Source of the DNA: Rebecca billardiae RCC1528
Taxonomy: Eukaryota > Protista > Haptophyta
Direction of reading: 5' to 3'
DNA length: 64,000 nucleotides
NCBI GenBank assembly: GCA_965240325.2
Contig: OZ251223.1
Span: 4,340,001-4,404,000, forward strand
A model generated the notes under the pieces. That model was not told where the DNA came from. It saw nothing but the letters and a program-made list of their open reading frames with translations, and made no database searches. Positions 12,202-24,872 of the stretch are shown here, piece by piece; the first letter of the stretch is position 1, and each line of letters begins with the position of its first letter. The position numbers were made by a program, and so were the translations under genes.

Positions 12202-12506
12202 TGCTGCGCGCCCACCCGATCGGCCGATCCTGTATTCCTGATGTTCGGTTCTGATGAAGCGTCTCAAGCGCGCAAGTTGAAAGTGTTGCACCGGACTGCA
12301 TGCAGCCAAGCCAAGCGCCCAAAACAGCTGAGGGCCGGAGCCGGCGTCGAAAGCCGGTCCCGCGGCGGCGCGGTCCTTGCCCCTCCGCTGGGCGAGCGGC
12401 AAGCATGGTGCGCGTGAAGAAGCTCCAGCTGAGCGAGCAGCACTACGCTGACTACTCGACCAAGATCGACGGGCGCACGACCTACTCTGCGTAGGACTAC
12501 TATGCC

Positions 12507-13661
12507 ATGGCCATCACGGCCGTCCTCCTCATCTTCGGCCTTCCCGTCCTGGCGATCGTGGCCATGTTCCTCCTCGTGCCGATGCTCATTCTGAACTGCT
12601 ACCAGGCGGCGGTCCGTGGGCCAGTGGACAGGTTGGACCGCAAGTCGTGTGCCTTCGCGTTGATGCACATCGTCGTCGTCGTCCTTGCTTCGCCCGCGAT
12701 CGCGACCATCGCCCTGTGGGTGCTCATCATCCGCATCGTCAAGTTTGTGCTGTGCGCCCCTGTCGGCCTCATCTGCGGGTGCTCGTCGTCCGAGTCGCGG
12801 GCCGCGGCGCGAGACTTTGGCGGGCGCCCAGGCGTCGTGGACAGCAACGGCCAGGGCCGCTCGCCGATCGACGGGCTGGCACGCCAGTTTGGCGGCCCGT
12901 TCCCCACTGGCGACGTCGTCGTGTGCATGATGGGAGGTCTGCATCGCCAGGGCTTCATCGACACGTACCTCGCCGTCACGCTCATGTTCTACTTCATGCC
13001 GGTGTACAAGCTCGTCGTGATGGCGAACCCGTGGCTGTACGATCTGAAGGAGCTGTACACGAACCAGTGGTCCGCGCCCATCGACGCCAACGCCGACCAG
13101 CGCATCGACTCGCGTGACGCCCTGGCCATCCGCAGGCTGCTGCGCGACCAGATCTGCCGCCCGAAGCTCAAGGAGATGAACCGCCGCCTCACGGACACGT
13201 GGCCCTTCCACGGCTTCTACCCGTACCCGCCCGCGGAGCGCACGAGCCGCACGCACGTGGGCCTCCAGTTCTCGGATGGCACGCCCATGCTCTCGCTCTT
13301 CACTCACACGGCGCACCCGTCCGACCTCGCCGACCCGGAGCTGCGCAACATCCCCGGCCACACGCCACGGAGCGAGCACGCCAACTTCACCATCTCGTCC
13401 GTGTACCTCCAGCGCTGGAACCCGTTCCATCACCTCACCGGCTACGTGGAGGTGAACGTGCGCAACGATGGCGGCGTGGAGCACCCGATGTGGCTGCTCG
13501 TCGACGTCGAGGGCTCCAAGCTGCACACATCCAACATCGTCGGCATGAACAAGCTCTTCGTGCGCCTCGGCGTCCGGTTCGCAAACTACACACGCCATCA
13601 GCCCGAGTTCGCGAATGGCCGGGTCCAGTCAGGCGGCGGCACGCAGTCATCAGCGGCATGA
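12507..13661 (+). CDS. Uncharacterised membrane protein; may begin at 12405 across an in-frame TAG
   Basis: 384-aa ORF with strong GC3 bias, N-terminal TM helices and a globular aromatic-rich C-terminal region. Confidence 0.8.
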   Translation: MAITAVLLIFGLPVLAIVAMFLLVPMLILNCYQAAVRGPVDRLDRKSCAFALMHIVVVVLASPAIATIALWVLIIRIVKFVLCAPVGLICGCSSSESRAAARDFGGRPGVVDSNGQGRSPIDGLARQFGGPFPTGDVVVCMMGGLHRQGFIDTYLAVTLMFYFMPVYKLVVMANPWLYDLKELYTNQWSAPIDANADQRIDSRDALAIRRLLRDQICRPKLKEMNRRLTDTWPFHGFYPYPPAERTSRTHVGLQFSDGTPMLSLFTHTAHPSDLADPELRNIPGHTPRSEHANFTISSVYLQRWNPFHHLTGYVEVNVRNDGGVEHPMWLLVDVEGSKLHTSNIVGMNKLFVRLGVRFANYTRHQPEFANGRVQSGGGTQSSAA

Positions 13662-13738
13662 ACTCAGACTCGGGCGCGGCGGCACGCAGTCATCAGCGGC
13701 CCGATCGGCGCGGACTCTACGGAGCCAATCAGTACTAG

Positions 13739-15636
13739 TAGGTGGGCCCACTGGCCACTGTGTGATTATAGTGACGCAGAGCGCGAGCTCATAGCGCGAT
13801 GTTTACTTTCGTCTCGAGCTGGATTCCAGCCCCAGGAGATGGCCCCTGGCCTGCCTGGTTAAAAAACCAGTGGTACATGCTGCAAATATAGGGAGTAACG
13901 GTGGTCCTGTTTACTTATTGGAAATGGCCTGTGACCAATGTAACGGCCATGTAACGGGCGTCTTAAACGTGATATATAGGGTCAACAGACGTCACTTTGA
14001 TATAGCACTTTGATGAGCTGATCATAGGTCTTCAGCAGCATGCACACCCATTGTCACATATACGGCGTATACGGGCACTGTGAGAATACGGGATAACGGC
14101 CGTTACACCCGTGCGTTACATATACACCGCCATGCTGATCAGCATGGCTGCCATAGTATTTCAGACTGTTTCAGACTGCTCTCGTAGCAGCCGTACGGCG
14201 TGCATGTGACACCTAAGAATTTTTCCAACCCTTCTACCCTGGAAGGATGAGTCTTAAGGAGCCGTGGGCAAAGATTGAGCCGCACCGAGTCGCGGCGCCA
14301 GCCCGCCCGCCGTGGTCAAGGCAAGCAGGAGTGGTGCACGCGGCGCCGGGCCCATCCAGCAGCCCGCAGCGTAAACACGGCGGACAAGGTTCGTCGAGAG
14401 CTCATCTGTGGCGTTCAAGCCAGGCACTGCTATGCATCGAACGCCTTTTCTCGTGCCCCGACCTAACCGTTGCTCTACACTGCGACCAAGCTGTGTCCGA
14501 GCTGTCCTCAGCTGGACCGTCCTCTGCCTAACGGTGCGCAACGGCCGCTTCGTCGCAGCGCCGAGCTGGCTCGCCGTGGTGCACGCGCGCGCGTAGCGAT
14601 GTGCACTCATCACCGCTTCCTGCGTGGCAGCAGGGCGAGACATGGCTCGCAGGCAAGCTGGTACGCCTGCTGACCGTGCACCGGCGTCGGCGGCGCCACC
14701 AACGTGCTCGGGCAGGCTCACGAAGGGCTTCAAATCACTGGTGAACGCATAAACTGTACTGTCCGCAGCGAGCACGGCGCACAGCGGATGACCAAGCAGA
14801 GGCGGGGCGACTGCTGTGCGGCCGCGCGGGCGAGTAGCTGGGCTCTTGAGGTACGCGTAGAGCCACGACAGGGCTCAACAAGCGCATCAGCTGCGATCTA
14901 CCCGGCTTGACGCGCAGCCCGACCTCGTGCAATCGTGTGGCTCGAGGCCCTCCAAGGGGCTCGTAGCTTCCAAACACCTGAGGTGCGTCGGCACTGAGAG
15001 TTGAGTCGAGGCCGGGGAGGTAACAGACGGCACACGCATCCGCTTTGACCGCTGTTTGACCATCAGATCCTTCCCCAAGACGCCCACGATCATGCGAACA
15101 GCCATAGCGTTCGGTCACGCCGCACAGACTTCCGGGGACCTGACCGACGAGGCGGGTCTCTGCAGGGCCGCAGAAGTAGCTGGGCCTTGCCAGGATACCA
15201 TGTAGATGCTGTACCAGTAACGCTCCGGAGTGTACCAGTTCGTTCAAGGGTGTCCCAAGCTCGCGTTGTGCTCGCATTACAATCCTCAAAGCTGTTCCCG
15301 TGTTTGAACGCGCGACTGTCGGCGAGAGATGGCGGACCGGGAAGATGGGCCAAGGATGAACCGTTCGCATAGCTCGTTCCAGAGGGCTACGCAGCACGCC
15401 ACGGGCGTGCGGCGCAGCGTGCCTCGCATGGCAGACGGGCAAGCGCGGCGGGCAACGTGCTGACGACGCGCACAGGTCGATCCCGGTCATCGCTTTCGCG
15501 ATCGACCGGCTTCCCGGACCGGGAGTTTGGCGGCCTGGAAAAGGGACTTCATCAGCGCGAGAAAAAGAGCACGGCAGCGGCCCGAAAAAGCTAGAGAGAT
15601 TTTGTTTTCATTTTTAAATGGCTGTGGGCCCACCTA
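13739..15636. mobile_element. hAT-like non-autonomous/decayed DNA transposon, ~1.9 kb
   Basis: 13-bp TIR TAGGTGGGCCCAC at both ends; subterminal taacgg/cgttac repeats; frameshifted remnant EW...HP...L...CIERLFS (~14310-14455) resembles the hAT dimerisation domain; TSD imperfect. Confidence 0.6.
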
Positions 15637-15767
15637 CAATCAGCTGTGCAGCCGACGAAGGCCCTAGCTCAGTGGGAGTCTGGCTCTCGACGGCGGGCGG
15701 CGCGGCCTCACGCCGCCCGCCGCCGCCGCCGAACCGCGGCCGAACGGAGTAAGGCCCGGCGGAATTC

Positions 15768-16149
<382 letters not shown>

Positions 16150-16410
16150 ATATATATATATGACTGATGATGATGATGACTTATATTATGACCACGAACC
16201 GTCGGACTCGCAGAGGATGAAATCAGGATGATGCTCGGACGAATTGCTCGGCTGCTGCGCTACCGCCTGCGCACGTAGATAGATATATAGTAGATCGATT
16301 GGCCCCGGCACGTACAGGATGAGCACGACGACTTATTGATACTGTATAACTGTAAGAGTTGATGAGTTATACGACGATTGAGATTCGTCTGCAAAGTGAC
16401 CCGCCGCAGG

Positions 16411-16847
16411 TAGTGGGGTCAGAGCTCCGACCGTTACACTCTCGGGTGCCACAATCTCCCGAAATCTCTTAGCACGAACGATCACACGGGTATTTACTTG
16501 GACGAACTAGTTAGTAGGCGTTAAGGCTTAATTCCAGGGTGTAGAATCCGCCTGTGCCAATTTCAGACTGCCAAAATGTGATCTAGACGGTGCGATTCTG
16601 GTGCAAATAGCGAGATCACCTTGGAGATCGTGTATCTCCCCTACTAATGTTGATGCCGAGATCGCGACGATATTCGGAGCAGTCGTATATCTCCAGTATG
16701 TGACGCATTTTCCCGCAAAACTTGTCAGCGTGACCCCAGCTCGTTTCAGGCGAATATTGACATCCCGAAGTTTGAGAGCCTCATCTCAAGACGACAGGAA
16801 GTTGGATTTTGGGCCACGCACCCCCCAGTGGGGCTCTGACCCCTCTA
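16411..16847. mobile_element. 437-bp MITE with 9-bp target-site duplication
   Basis: TIR TAG(T/A)GGGGTCAGAGC; direct repeat cgccgcagg at 16402-16410 and 16848-16856; AT-richer non-coding interior. Confidence 0.88.
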
Positions 16848-16944
16848 CGCCGCAGGATGGGCTAGACGGACAGTGTCTCCGGGCCCGTGTCGGCGTGCGG
16901 GCAGCATACCGCACGCGCTGCTGCGGCAGTCGCGAGCTTGGTCG

Positions 16945-17820
16945 TTACCGCAGCACCGGGCCGCGCGCCGCCGTCGCGCTCATCGTGGAAAGCGTTCGCA
17001 TCTCCTCCTCACTCAGAACGAAGCTGTCCAGCTCGAGGTCCTGCTTGGCGAATGCCGCCGAAGCACCAGGGCTGGTGGCGAGGGGGCAGCCTTGCTGCGT
17101 AATCCAGCGAAGCGCGACCTGGGCAGTACTCTTCCCGACACGCTTGGCGATGGCCAAGAGCCGCGAGTCCGTCAGGTTCGTGTGCCGCAACGGCGAGTAC
17201 GCCTCGTACGTGATGCCGTGCGCTGCGCAGTGGGCGATGGTGGCGTCGTCGTGGAAGCCGACCGACATCCTGCACTGGTTGACGGCCGGGGGCACGCCGC
17301 CCATGGCCAGGACGGCGTTGATGTCGCCGATGTTGAAGTTGCTCACGCCGATGGCGCGCGTGAGGCCCCGCGCCCGCGCAATCTGGAGCGCGCGCCACGT
17401 CGCCTGCGTCCCGCGCACATCGTGCGCACACGGGTCGTGCATGAGCAGCAGGTCGACGTACTTGAGCTCGAGCTCCTTCAGGTCCTCGTACACGTACGCA
17501 AGGGCCTCCTCGGTGGTGTTCTGGCACAATATCTTGGTCGTCATGAAGTAGCGCTGGCGCGGGATCGCCGCCGTCTTCAGGTAGGCCGCGATCTGTGGCT
17601 GGTTCTTGTACATCCACGCGGTGTCGATTCCAACGCCGCCGAGGCGGAACCAAATGGCGAGATCCTCCGCGACGGTGCTGTTGTCATCGGGGTGGCCCAG
17701 GCTGACAAAGGGCATCATCACGCCGGGCGCGATCTGGACGGTGGACGCATCCACCGTGCCGTGCGCAACGCTTGCCAGCGCCAGGCAGCACGCGAGCACC
17801 ATCGCAAGGGTGGTCGCCAT
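16945..17820 (-). CDS. Aldo/keto reductase with N-terminal signal peptide
   Basis: GIDTAWMY, TTK, VDLLLMH, RAIGVSNF, PAVNQ, AYSPL, AQVALRW. Confidence 0.95.
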   Translation of the reverse strand: MATTLAMVLACCLALASVAHGTVDASTVQIAPGVMMPFVSLGHPDDNSTVAEDLAIWFRLGGVGIDTAWMYKNQPQIAAYLKTAAIPRQRYFMTTKILCQNTTEEALAYVYEDLKELELKYVDLLLMHDPCAHDVRGTQATWRALQIARARGLTRAIGVSNFNIGDINAVLAMGGVPPAVNQCRMSVGFHDDATIAHCAAHGITYEAYSPLRHTNLTDSRLLAIAKRVGKSTAQVALRWITQQGCPLATSPGASAAFAKQDLELDSFVLSEEEMRTLSTMSATAARGPVLR

Positions 17821-18004
17821 GGCGAGCGGCCGCTCCAGCTTGCGGGAGTCCGGAAGCGCCAGTGACGCCACCGCGAACTGGGCGTGGTCCAGCCGAGCGC
17901 GAGGGCGACGGTTGGTCGCCTTGCCGCCCATTGCGACGACGGGTGGCTCCGCAGCCCGAGCGAGCTTGCGACTACGGGCGCCGCGGGCGGCGTGAGAGTG
18001 TGTC

Positions 18005-19087
18005 ATGGACGGGGACGCCTGCGCGTCCGGGCAGAAGCGCGCGCGCGAGGAGGACGGGGCTGCGGATGAGACGATGACGCTCATCCGCAAGCTCCGTGGC
18101 GAGTGCGGCGACGGTGCATCCTTTGTGCGCGCGCTGAGCACCATCTCGACCATGCTGTCCAACGTGCTCGAGCACCCGACAGAGGAGCGCTTCCGCACGG
18201 TGCGCCGGCAGAACGCCACGTTTCACAATCGCGTTGGCATGTACCCGTCGGCCGCGCCGCTGCTCCGAAGCCTCGGCTTCGAGGACGCATGGGCATCCGA
18301 TGGCCCACAGGACGGCGCTCCGACACACCTGGCGCTTGTGGAGTCCGACGCGAGCGTGCTGGCGCGCGGCCTCGTGCTCCTCGAGGCGTCCCGTCAGGCA
18401 GCCGAGCTCGTCGATCCTGCGGCGACCGGGGCGGAGGGCGCGCCTGCCTCGGCTAGGCCGTCGTACACGGTCGCCGAGGGCAAACGGCCCGCCTCTGCCG
18501 CTGGGCCGCGAGCCGCGGCAGACGCGCGCACTCCGGCTGCTGGCAGCGACTCGGCAGCAGCTGGCGCTGCCACGTCGCGTGGCCTTGCTGCGGACGGCAC
18601 GGCGGTGCCCGAGCTCAGCGACTTCTCGGCGGAGGGCATCGACAAGTTCTTCGAGCGCCTCGCCGGGCGGGAAGGCGAGAGCCTCGCTGACCTCGACGCC
18701 GGCTCGCACGCGGCGCTTGTGAGCACAGCGACTGAGGCGCTGCGCGTGTCCGCTGCGACGGCGAGTGCGCCCGCGCAGCGGCGTGCGAGTCACTGGCTGA
18801 GCGTGCTGCGCGAGCACGCGGCACTGATGGGCTGGGACGAGTGCGAGCCTGCGACGGGCGGCCCTGCCGCGCCCGATGAAGCTGCGGCTGACGACGATGC
18901 CGCCGCCGCGGTCGGCGAGGATGGCAACTTCGAGGCGTGCTCGCACTGCGGCCTGGGCGGCACGCTCATCTGCTGCGAAGGCTGCCCGCAGGTCTACCAC
19001 CCGGAGTGCCTCGGCGACTTTGCGCCGCCCCCGGACGACGACGGCGACTGGTACTGCCCGCAGTGCGCGAAGGCGCTGGGGATGTGA
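18005..19087 (+). CDS. PUB-domain plus C-terminal PHD-finger protein
   Basis: NVLEHPTEERFRTVRRQNATF...LRSLGF (PUB); CSHC...LICCEGCPQVYHPECL...WYCPQC (C4HC3 PHD). Confidence 0.88.
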   Translation: MDGDACASGQKRAREEDGAADETMTLIRKLRGECGDGASFVRALSTISTMLSNVLEHPTEERFRTVRRQNATFHNRVGMYPSAAPLLRSLGFEDAWASDGPQDGAPTHLALVESDASVLARGLVLLEASRQAAELVDPAATGAEGAPASARPSYTVAEGKRPASAAGPRAAADARTPAAGSDSAAAGAATSRGLAADGTAVPELSDFSAEGIDKFFERLAGREGESLADLDAGSHAALVSTATEALRVSAATASAPAQRRASHWLSVLREHAALMGWDECEPATGGPAAPDEAAADDDAAAAVGEDGNFEACSHCGLGGTLICCEGCPQVYHPECLGDFAPPPDDDGDWYCPQCAKALGM

Positions 19088-20123
19088 TCGCGCCTGCCAC
19101 AATTCCGCAGGCGGCCGTGGACGGAGGCCAGCCGATGTCCGTGGCACGGCGCGGTCCGAGCAGCGCAATCCGCGCAGCGCCAGCGGCCCCGCTGGCACCC
19201 GCCCGTGCCCGTGGCCACGCGCACACGACGTGGCAACGACGACACAGGCGCGGACACTGTGCTGCCATATGTGCGCACCGCCGCAAGTATTCACTTCTTG
19301 GACTTGGATTCGCCCCGACTGTTCTTACCTGGCATTCCGGTTACATCCTGACGAGCCAGGCACGGCCTCACTCACGGGACTCAATGCCAACGGTCCGGCA
19401 CGGTCCCGCCGAAGGCGGGTCCTCCTTCGCCTATCCGGCGCCGTCACGCCGCGCGTCAGGACGCTGCAGTCTGCTGCTCTGTGCTCAGACTAATCATTAC
19501 GACGATCACTAGCACGCCAGCCACCGTCGTGACCATCAGCACCGAGCACGCGGCCAGCGGCCCGGCCGGCGGCGGCCGCCGCCCGTCGGCCCGCCGGGGC
19601 CCGGGGCGGCCGGGGCGCCCGCCCGGCCCGGGGGGCGGGGCCGGGCCGCGTCGCCGTCGGTCCGGACATTGAGTGCGCGCTAGCAGAGTGAATCGTAGTA
19701 GTACTATATCGTCATCAGCGCGCGCAGTATTATTCGATCGATCGACGGTAGTCGCCCATGGACCACGACGATCACAGCAGACTACGAAACGCGCGCCAGA
19801 CGAATGAAACGGCGCCGTACGCCCGTACAGTCGACGTGACTCGACGTCGTCAGGACTCGCGCCTGCTCGGAGTCGGCTCGCGGTTCCGGAACGCAGCCGC
19901 CGCGGCTGCTCCGGCTGTAGCCATTGTAGGTAGAGTCCATCGAGAGCGACAGCGCCGCAACGGATCCACCGACGCCCTTGTCGACTGCGACGAGCGCGGA
20001 GCAGCAACGCCCCGGCCACAGCAGCCAGAGGCGACACTGCAGCAGACGGCTGCCCCGCCGCTCTGTGCTCTCGTCCGTTGTCGATGAGCCGAGGCGGTGG
20101 GCACCAACGGCGCGGCTAGCCCC

Positions 20124-21275
20124 TCAGCGCCAGCCACCCATCTGCTGGCCGCCCATGCCGCCCATCTGTGGTGGGCCGCCCATGCCGCCCATTTGCTGGC
20201 CACCCATGCCGCCCATCTGTGGTGGGCCGCCCATGCCGCCCATTTGCTGGCCGCCCATGCCCATGCCGCCCTGCATGCCGCCCATTTGCTGGCCGCCCAT
20301 CATGCCGCCCTGCATGCCGCCCATCTGCGGCCCGCCCATGCCCATGCCGCCCGGCATGCCGCCCGACATGCCGCCCATAGGCGGCTGGCCGCCCATCATG
20401 CCGCCTTGCATGCCGCCCTGCATGCCGCCCGGCATGCCACCCATCTGCGGCGCGCCGCCCATCTGCGGCGCGCCGCCCATGCCGCCTGCGCGCGCAGGGG
20501 CGCGCCGTGAGGTGGCGCGCACGGATCACGTCAGGGTGCTGTGCCGACCGGCGTGTCGAGCACGCGCGTGCGCGCGTGCGCGCGCGTACCTCCGCCGAGG
20601 TTCATCCCGCCCATCTGCGCGGCCATCCCGCCCATCCCGCCGCCGCCCATCCCGCCGCCCATGCTGCCGCTGGGCTTGACGCCGCCCTGCTTGTTCATGG
20701 ACGCCATCGACGGCCCGGCCGGCTTCTTGGCCGTCTCGCCGCCCTTGTCGTGGGACTTGGTGATGTCGCCCAGGTTGACGAGCCCGGCGGAGAGATCGGC
20801 GAGCGATGCCGCCTTGGGGTCGGCCTTGGCGTCCGGCTTGGCCGGCTGCTGGGCCTGCGCACGCCACGGGCGCGGGCGGGCCGAGCCGCGCGCACGCGCG
20901 AGAGGCGAGGCGAGGCGAGGCGAGGAGGGTGAGGCGGCAACGCGCACAGGGGCGCGCGCGGCGCGCGCGAGGCAGCGCGCACCTCGCCGCCGCTCGCAGC
21001 CTCAAAATCGCCAAAGTCCGCGCCCGCTGCGCCATTCGTCGGCGCCATGACGGGCGAGGCGAGGCCCGAGCCGAAGGGCGAGCCGCCCATGCCCATCGGC
21101 TGCCCCTGCCCCTGCGCACCGGGGGACGAGAGAGGCGGCGCGGCCATGCCCGCACCCAGCGGCGTCGCCGGGCCCGACATGCCAAATGGGTCGGCTCCGC
21201 CGCCGCCCGCGGTGGGCGTGACGACCGGCGGGGGCGCCGCTGGCTGTGGCGCCGGCGCCGAGCCGAACGGGTCGA

Positions 21276-21310
<35 letters not shown>

Positions 21311-21411
21311 GGTGCGGGCGCGCTGCCGAACGCGTCCCACTGGCCACCGGACTGCTGCGGCTGCTGCTGCGGGGGCGGGGCAGCTGGGCCGCGCGGGTTG
21401 AAGTCACCGAA

Positions 21412-21444
<33 letters not shown>

Positions 21445-21467
21445 CATACCGCCGAAGAGGTCCCCGC

Positions 21468-21499
<32 letters not shown>

Positions 21500-21776
21500 A
21501 CAGGAGGCGAGGAGGCGGACGGCCGATCCTCGCGGCCCCTGCCACCCGGCAGGTTGATGCGGATCTTGCCGTCGCCCGAGCCGCCGAGGTTGAACTGCGG
21601 CGGGGGCGGCTGCTGCGAGCTCTCCTCGCGCTTGGGCCACGAGTCATCTGCGCGCCGCGCGTGCGCAGGGGCCAATGCGGGTGAGCGCGCGCGCCACGAC
21701 CGCCGAGCGTGCGCGCCACTGCGCCACTGCGCGCGCACCTCCGTTGTCATCGTCCTGGTACCGACGGCCGCCACCG

Positions 21777-21807
<31 letters not shown>

Positions 21808-23057
21808 CGCTGTAGCTGTCATAGCGATCGCGATCGCCGCCGTCCGAGTACCCGCCGCCACCGCCGCCGCCGCCGCCGCCGCCCTGCCGCCGGAAGTCCT
21901 CGGACGAGAAGCCGCCGTACCGGTTGCCGCCAAAGCCGCCCTCGTCCGAGCCGATGCCCGTGAACTTGTTGCGGTTCTTCTTGGCCTTCTCGCGCTCGGC
22001 CTTGATGCGCGAGTCGTCGTTGAGCAGCTCGCACAGCTGCCGAGATTTTTCGCGCACTGTGCGCGCACGAGCCGGGCCGACGCGCGCAGCGCAGGGTGCG
22101 CGCTGATGAGCGCAGCGCAGCGCGCGGCGCGCGGCGCGCGGCGCGCGCTTGGCGGCGCGCGCTCGCACCGTTGATGCCGTGGTCCACGCCCGTGCCGGGC
22201 TCGGTGTACTGAAAGTCGTTGAGCGTGCGGATCTGGTACACGTGGTCGCGCGCGTCGTCGATCACGCGCTCGGAGCCGTTGCGGATGAGGTAGTCGAGGA
22301 GGCTCAGCGCCTGCGCGCAGCCGTGCCGCGCGCGCAGCCACGCCGCCGCTCAGCCGAGGCTGGGGGGGCGGGCGCGGCGCACACGCGAGAGAGAGCGGCG
22401 GCTGGCGGCTCGAGGGGCGCACGGCGCGGGCGCGGCGCACCTTGTACACCTGCCGCCAGTTCTTGCCGGACTCGTTGATGCGCCGCCACACGGCCGCCAT
22501 GATCTCCTGGAATTGCGAGCTGCGGCGCGCGCGCGGGCACCCGACGGCGCGCGGCGGTGGGCGCGGAGAGCGCGAGCCAGCGCCCAAGGCCGCGCGGGCG
22601 CGCGGGCGCTCGGGCAGGGCGGTGTCGGGCCGCGCTGCGCGTACAAGTCGAACGTGGCCTGCGCGATCTCCTGCAGCATCGTGGTGGACGCGCCCCACGG
22701 CTTGTTGCTCGTCGCCTCGCCAATCTTGCGCTCCATCTCGGTGCCGGCGAGCTTGTTCCTGTGGAGCGGGGCGGCGCCGTGGGAGGGCGGGCAGGCGTCA
22801 GCAGGTGGCCATGTGCACGCCGGCAAGCGCCGCAGCCGCCCGCGCGCGTCTGCCAGGCGCCTCGGGGCAGCAACGCACATGGCGGCCGACGCGGTCTTCT
22901 TGATGGAGTCCACATCAAAAGAATCCTGCAGGATTCATGGCGGCCCGGCGAGCGCGGCGGATGCGCGTGAGGGCGAGTGGGCGCAACGCTCTGCGCGCAC
23001 ACGGACCTCGCGCACGCTTCTCGCCACGCGCGCGCGCGCGCGCACGAAGAAGCTCAT
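20124..23057 (-). CDS. Epsin/ENTH-domain clathrin adaptor (EpsinR/CLINT1-like), about 10 exons
   Basis: Spliced ENTH: MSFF|DSFDVDSIKK...EATSNKPWG...NWRQVYK|ALSLLDYLIRNGSE...DHGIN|VREKS; DPF and DFGDF motifs, LVNL, Met/Gly-rich tail; canonical GT-AG junctions. Confidence 0.92.
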
Positions 23058-23515
23058 CGCGGACGCGTCCCTGCGCAGGCGATCGCTGGCAGCCCCTAAC
23101 TCGGCGCGAGAGGCGACACCGGTCCGGGTGGGCCCGGACGCACGGCCGGAGGAACGAGTGCTGCGCCGATTCGCCTGGTGAACCGAGTGGACGTCAGCTC
23201 TCATCGCTCTCAACTGCTCGAGTAAAAGCGGGTAAGCACGCGCACAGGTGCCGAGGTGCGACGTTTCGCGCTACCAATACCTTGAATACCATAGCTTACT
23301 GTATCATGCAATTCCCGGCGTCATTCAAGCTCTCCTATCAGGCGGGTAGGCTGTCGCCCTTGCCATCGCACGCGGCACCCGTGCGGTCCCGATCGGGCGA
23401 TCGGGGCCGAAAGTCGTTCACAGGCCGACGACGGCCCCGGGCTCGTCGTGTCAAAAAGTGGTCGGACGAGGCTGGCTCACGAACCGCCGCCCCACGCGGC
23501 ACGACCTCGCTCGGG

Positions 23516-24519
23516 ATGGCTCGAGCCGCGTTGCTTGCGTGTGCGCTCGCCGTGCTTCGAGTGGACGCACGACTTGCCATCGGCGACGCGCTCACCCGCC
23601 CGCTCCGTGGTCGCGCGCTCGCAGATGAGTCGTACAGGTGCCCGAGCCGGCAGTCGCCTCGCATGCGCGGATTCACAGTGCTGGGGAAGAGCTTGCGCTG
23701 CGGCATGCGGGTGGCGTGGCGCGACGTGCCCAACCTCAACCGCATGGGGCGCTCGTTCGGCTGGCACGACGCGGTGCCGCACGAGACGTACACCATCATG
23801 CTGCTCGACGTCGACGCGACCGACATCAGCCCGGTGCGGCACTACGTGGTGACCAACGTGCGCGGGCAGACGCTCGCCTCGGGCTACGGCTTCGACACCG
23901 GGGACGTGTTGCAGCCGCTCTGCCCGATCAACCCGCCGCCTGGCGACCCTGCGCACCGCTATGTCTTCGTCGTGTACACGCAGCGCAAGAGGCTCGACGC
24001 CGCGCCGCTGGACTCGTCCTCGCTCGAGGCCGTCTCAAACGTGCGACCTCCCCTGCTGCCCTCCTCCCCTGCTGCCCAGCTTCCCGGCTGCCCAGCTCGA
24101 GCGCGTGCGCGCTCGCGCAGTCCATACGGTGGGCGTGCGTGCTGATGCCGCGCGTGTGCGCGCCCGCCCCGCGCGCCCCCTGCTCGGCGCAGTGGGACTT
24201 CCAGCAGTGGGCCTCGGCAAAAGGCCTCCCCTCCCGGCCGATCGTGTGGACCGAGTTCACCGTGCAGAGCGAAGAGAAGTCGCCGCCCGAGGAGAGCTCG
24301 GAAGGGCCTGGCGACGACGAGCCTAAGCAGCGCGGCGGAAGGCGACGCGCGCGCGAGCCCGACGAACTGCGTCGAGAGGGCGCTGCAGCCGACGCGTCCG
24401 CGAATCAGCCGGCGCGCTCTCTGACAGTGGCAGCAGGCGCGCTGGCAGTGCTGGTAGCAGCCGTGGCGTGGGGACGCTCTCCGCGCCTGTCTCACCTCAC
24501 GCAGCCGACTATGGTGTAA
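23516..24519 (+). CDS. PEBP-family protein with signal peptide and C-terminal TM; intron 24041-24192
   Basis: YTIMLLDVDA, RHYVVTNV, PPPGDPAHRYVFVVYTQ, spliced to WDFQQWA. Confidence 0.85.
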
Positions 24520-24700
24520 TCCTGGGTCTGTGGGGCGCTGCTGGCATGTGGAGGCAATGCATGCATGATGTGCGTGCGGGGCCCGGGCCTGCCGGCCTGC
24601 CGCCGCTCCCGCCTCCCGGACCAGCCGGACCTGGCCTCTGGCTGGCTGACGTCCGCGTTCCGCCTTCCGGCGTTCCCGGCGGGCGCGTTGCAGAATGCCG

Positions 24701-24740
24701 ATATATATACATATATATATGTATATATATATATATATAT
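24701..24740. repeat. (TA)n microsatellite
   Basis: TA run with symmetric C/G interruptions. Confidence 0.95.
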
Positions 24741-24872
24741 GATCGGCTACGCCGATCTTCGGGTAGTGAACAACGAGGTTGAGGGCGCACGGCCCTAGCA
24801 GCCGGCTTGTGAGTTGTGACGACACGGACACGGTCCGGGACGGTCGGACGGTGCATGCGCCGTGCAGCCGAG

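Noticed and set aside
13633-13700. 25-bp direct repeat around the stop codon of the 12507 ORF
   Set aside because: Small local duplication with no further structure.
22905-22940. Apparent frameshift after an ATG at the epsin 5' end
   Set aside because: Resolved by an upstream MSFF micro-exon spliced to CAG|GATTCT.
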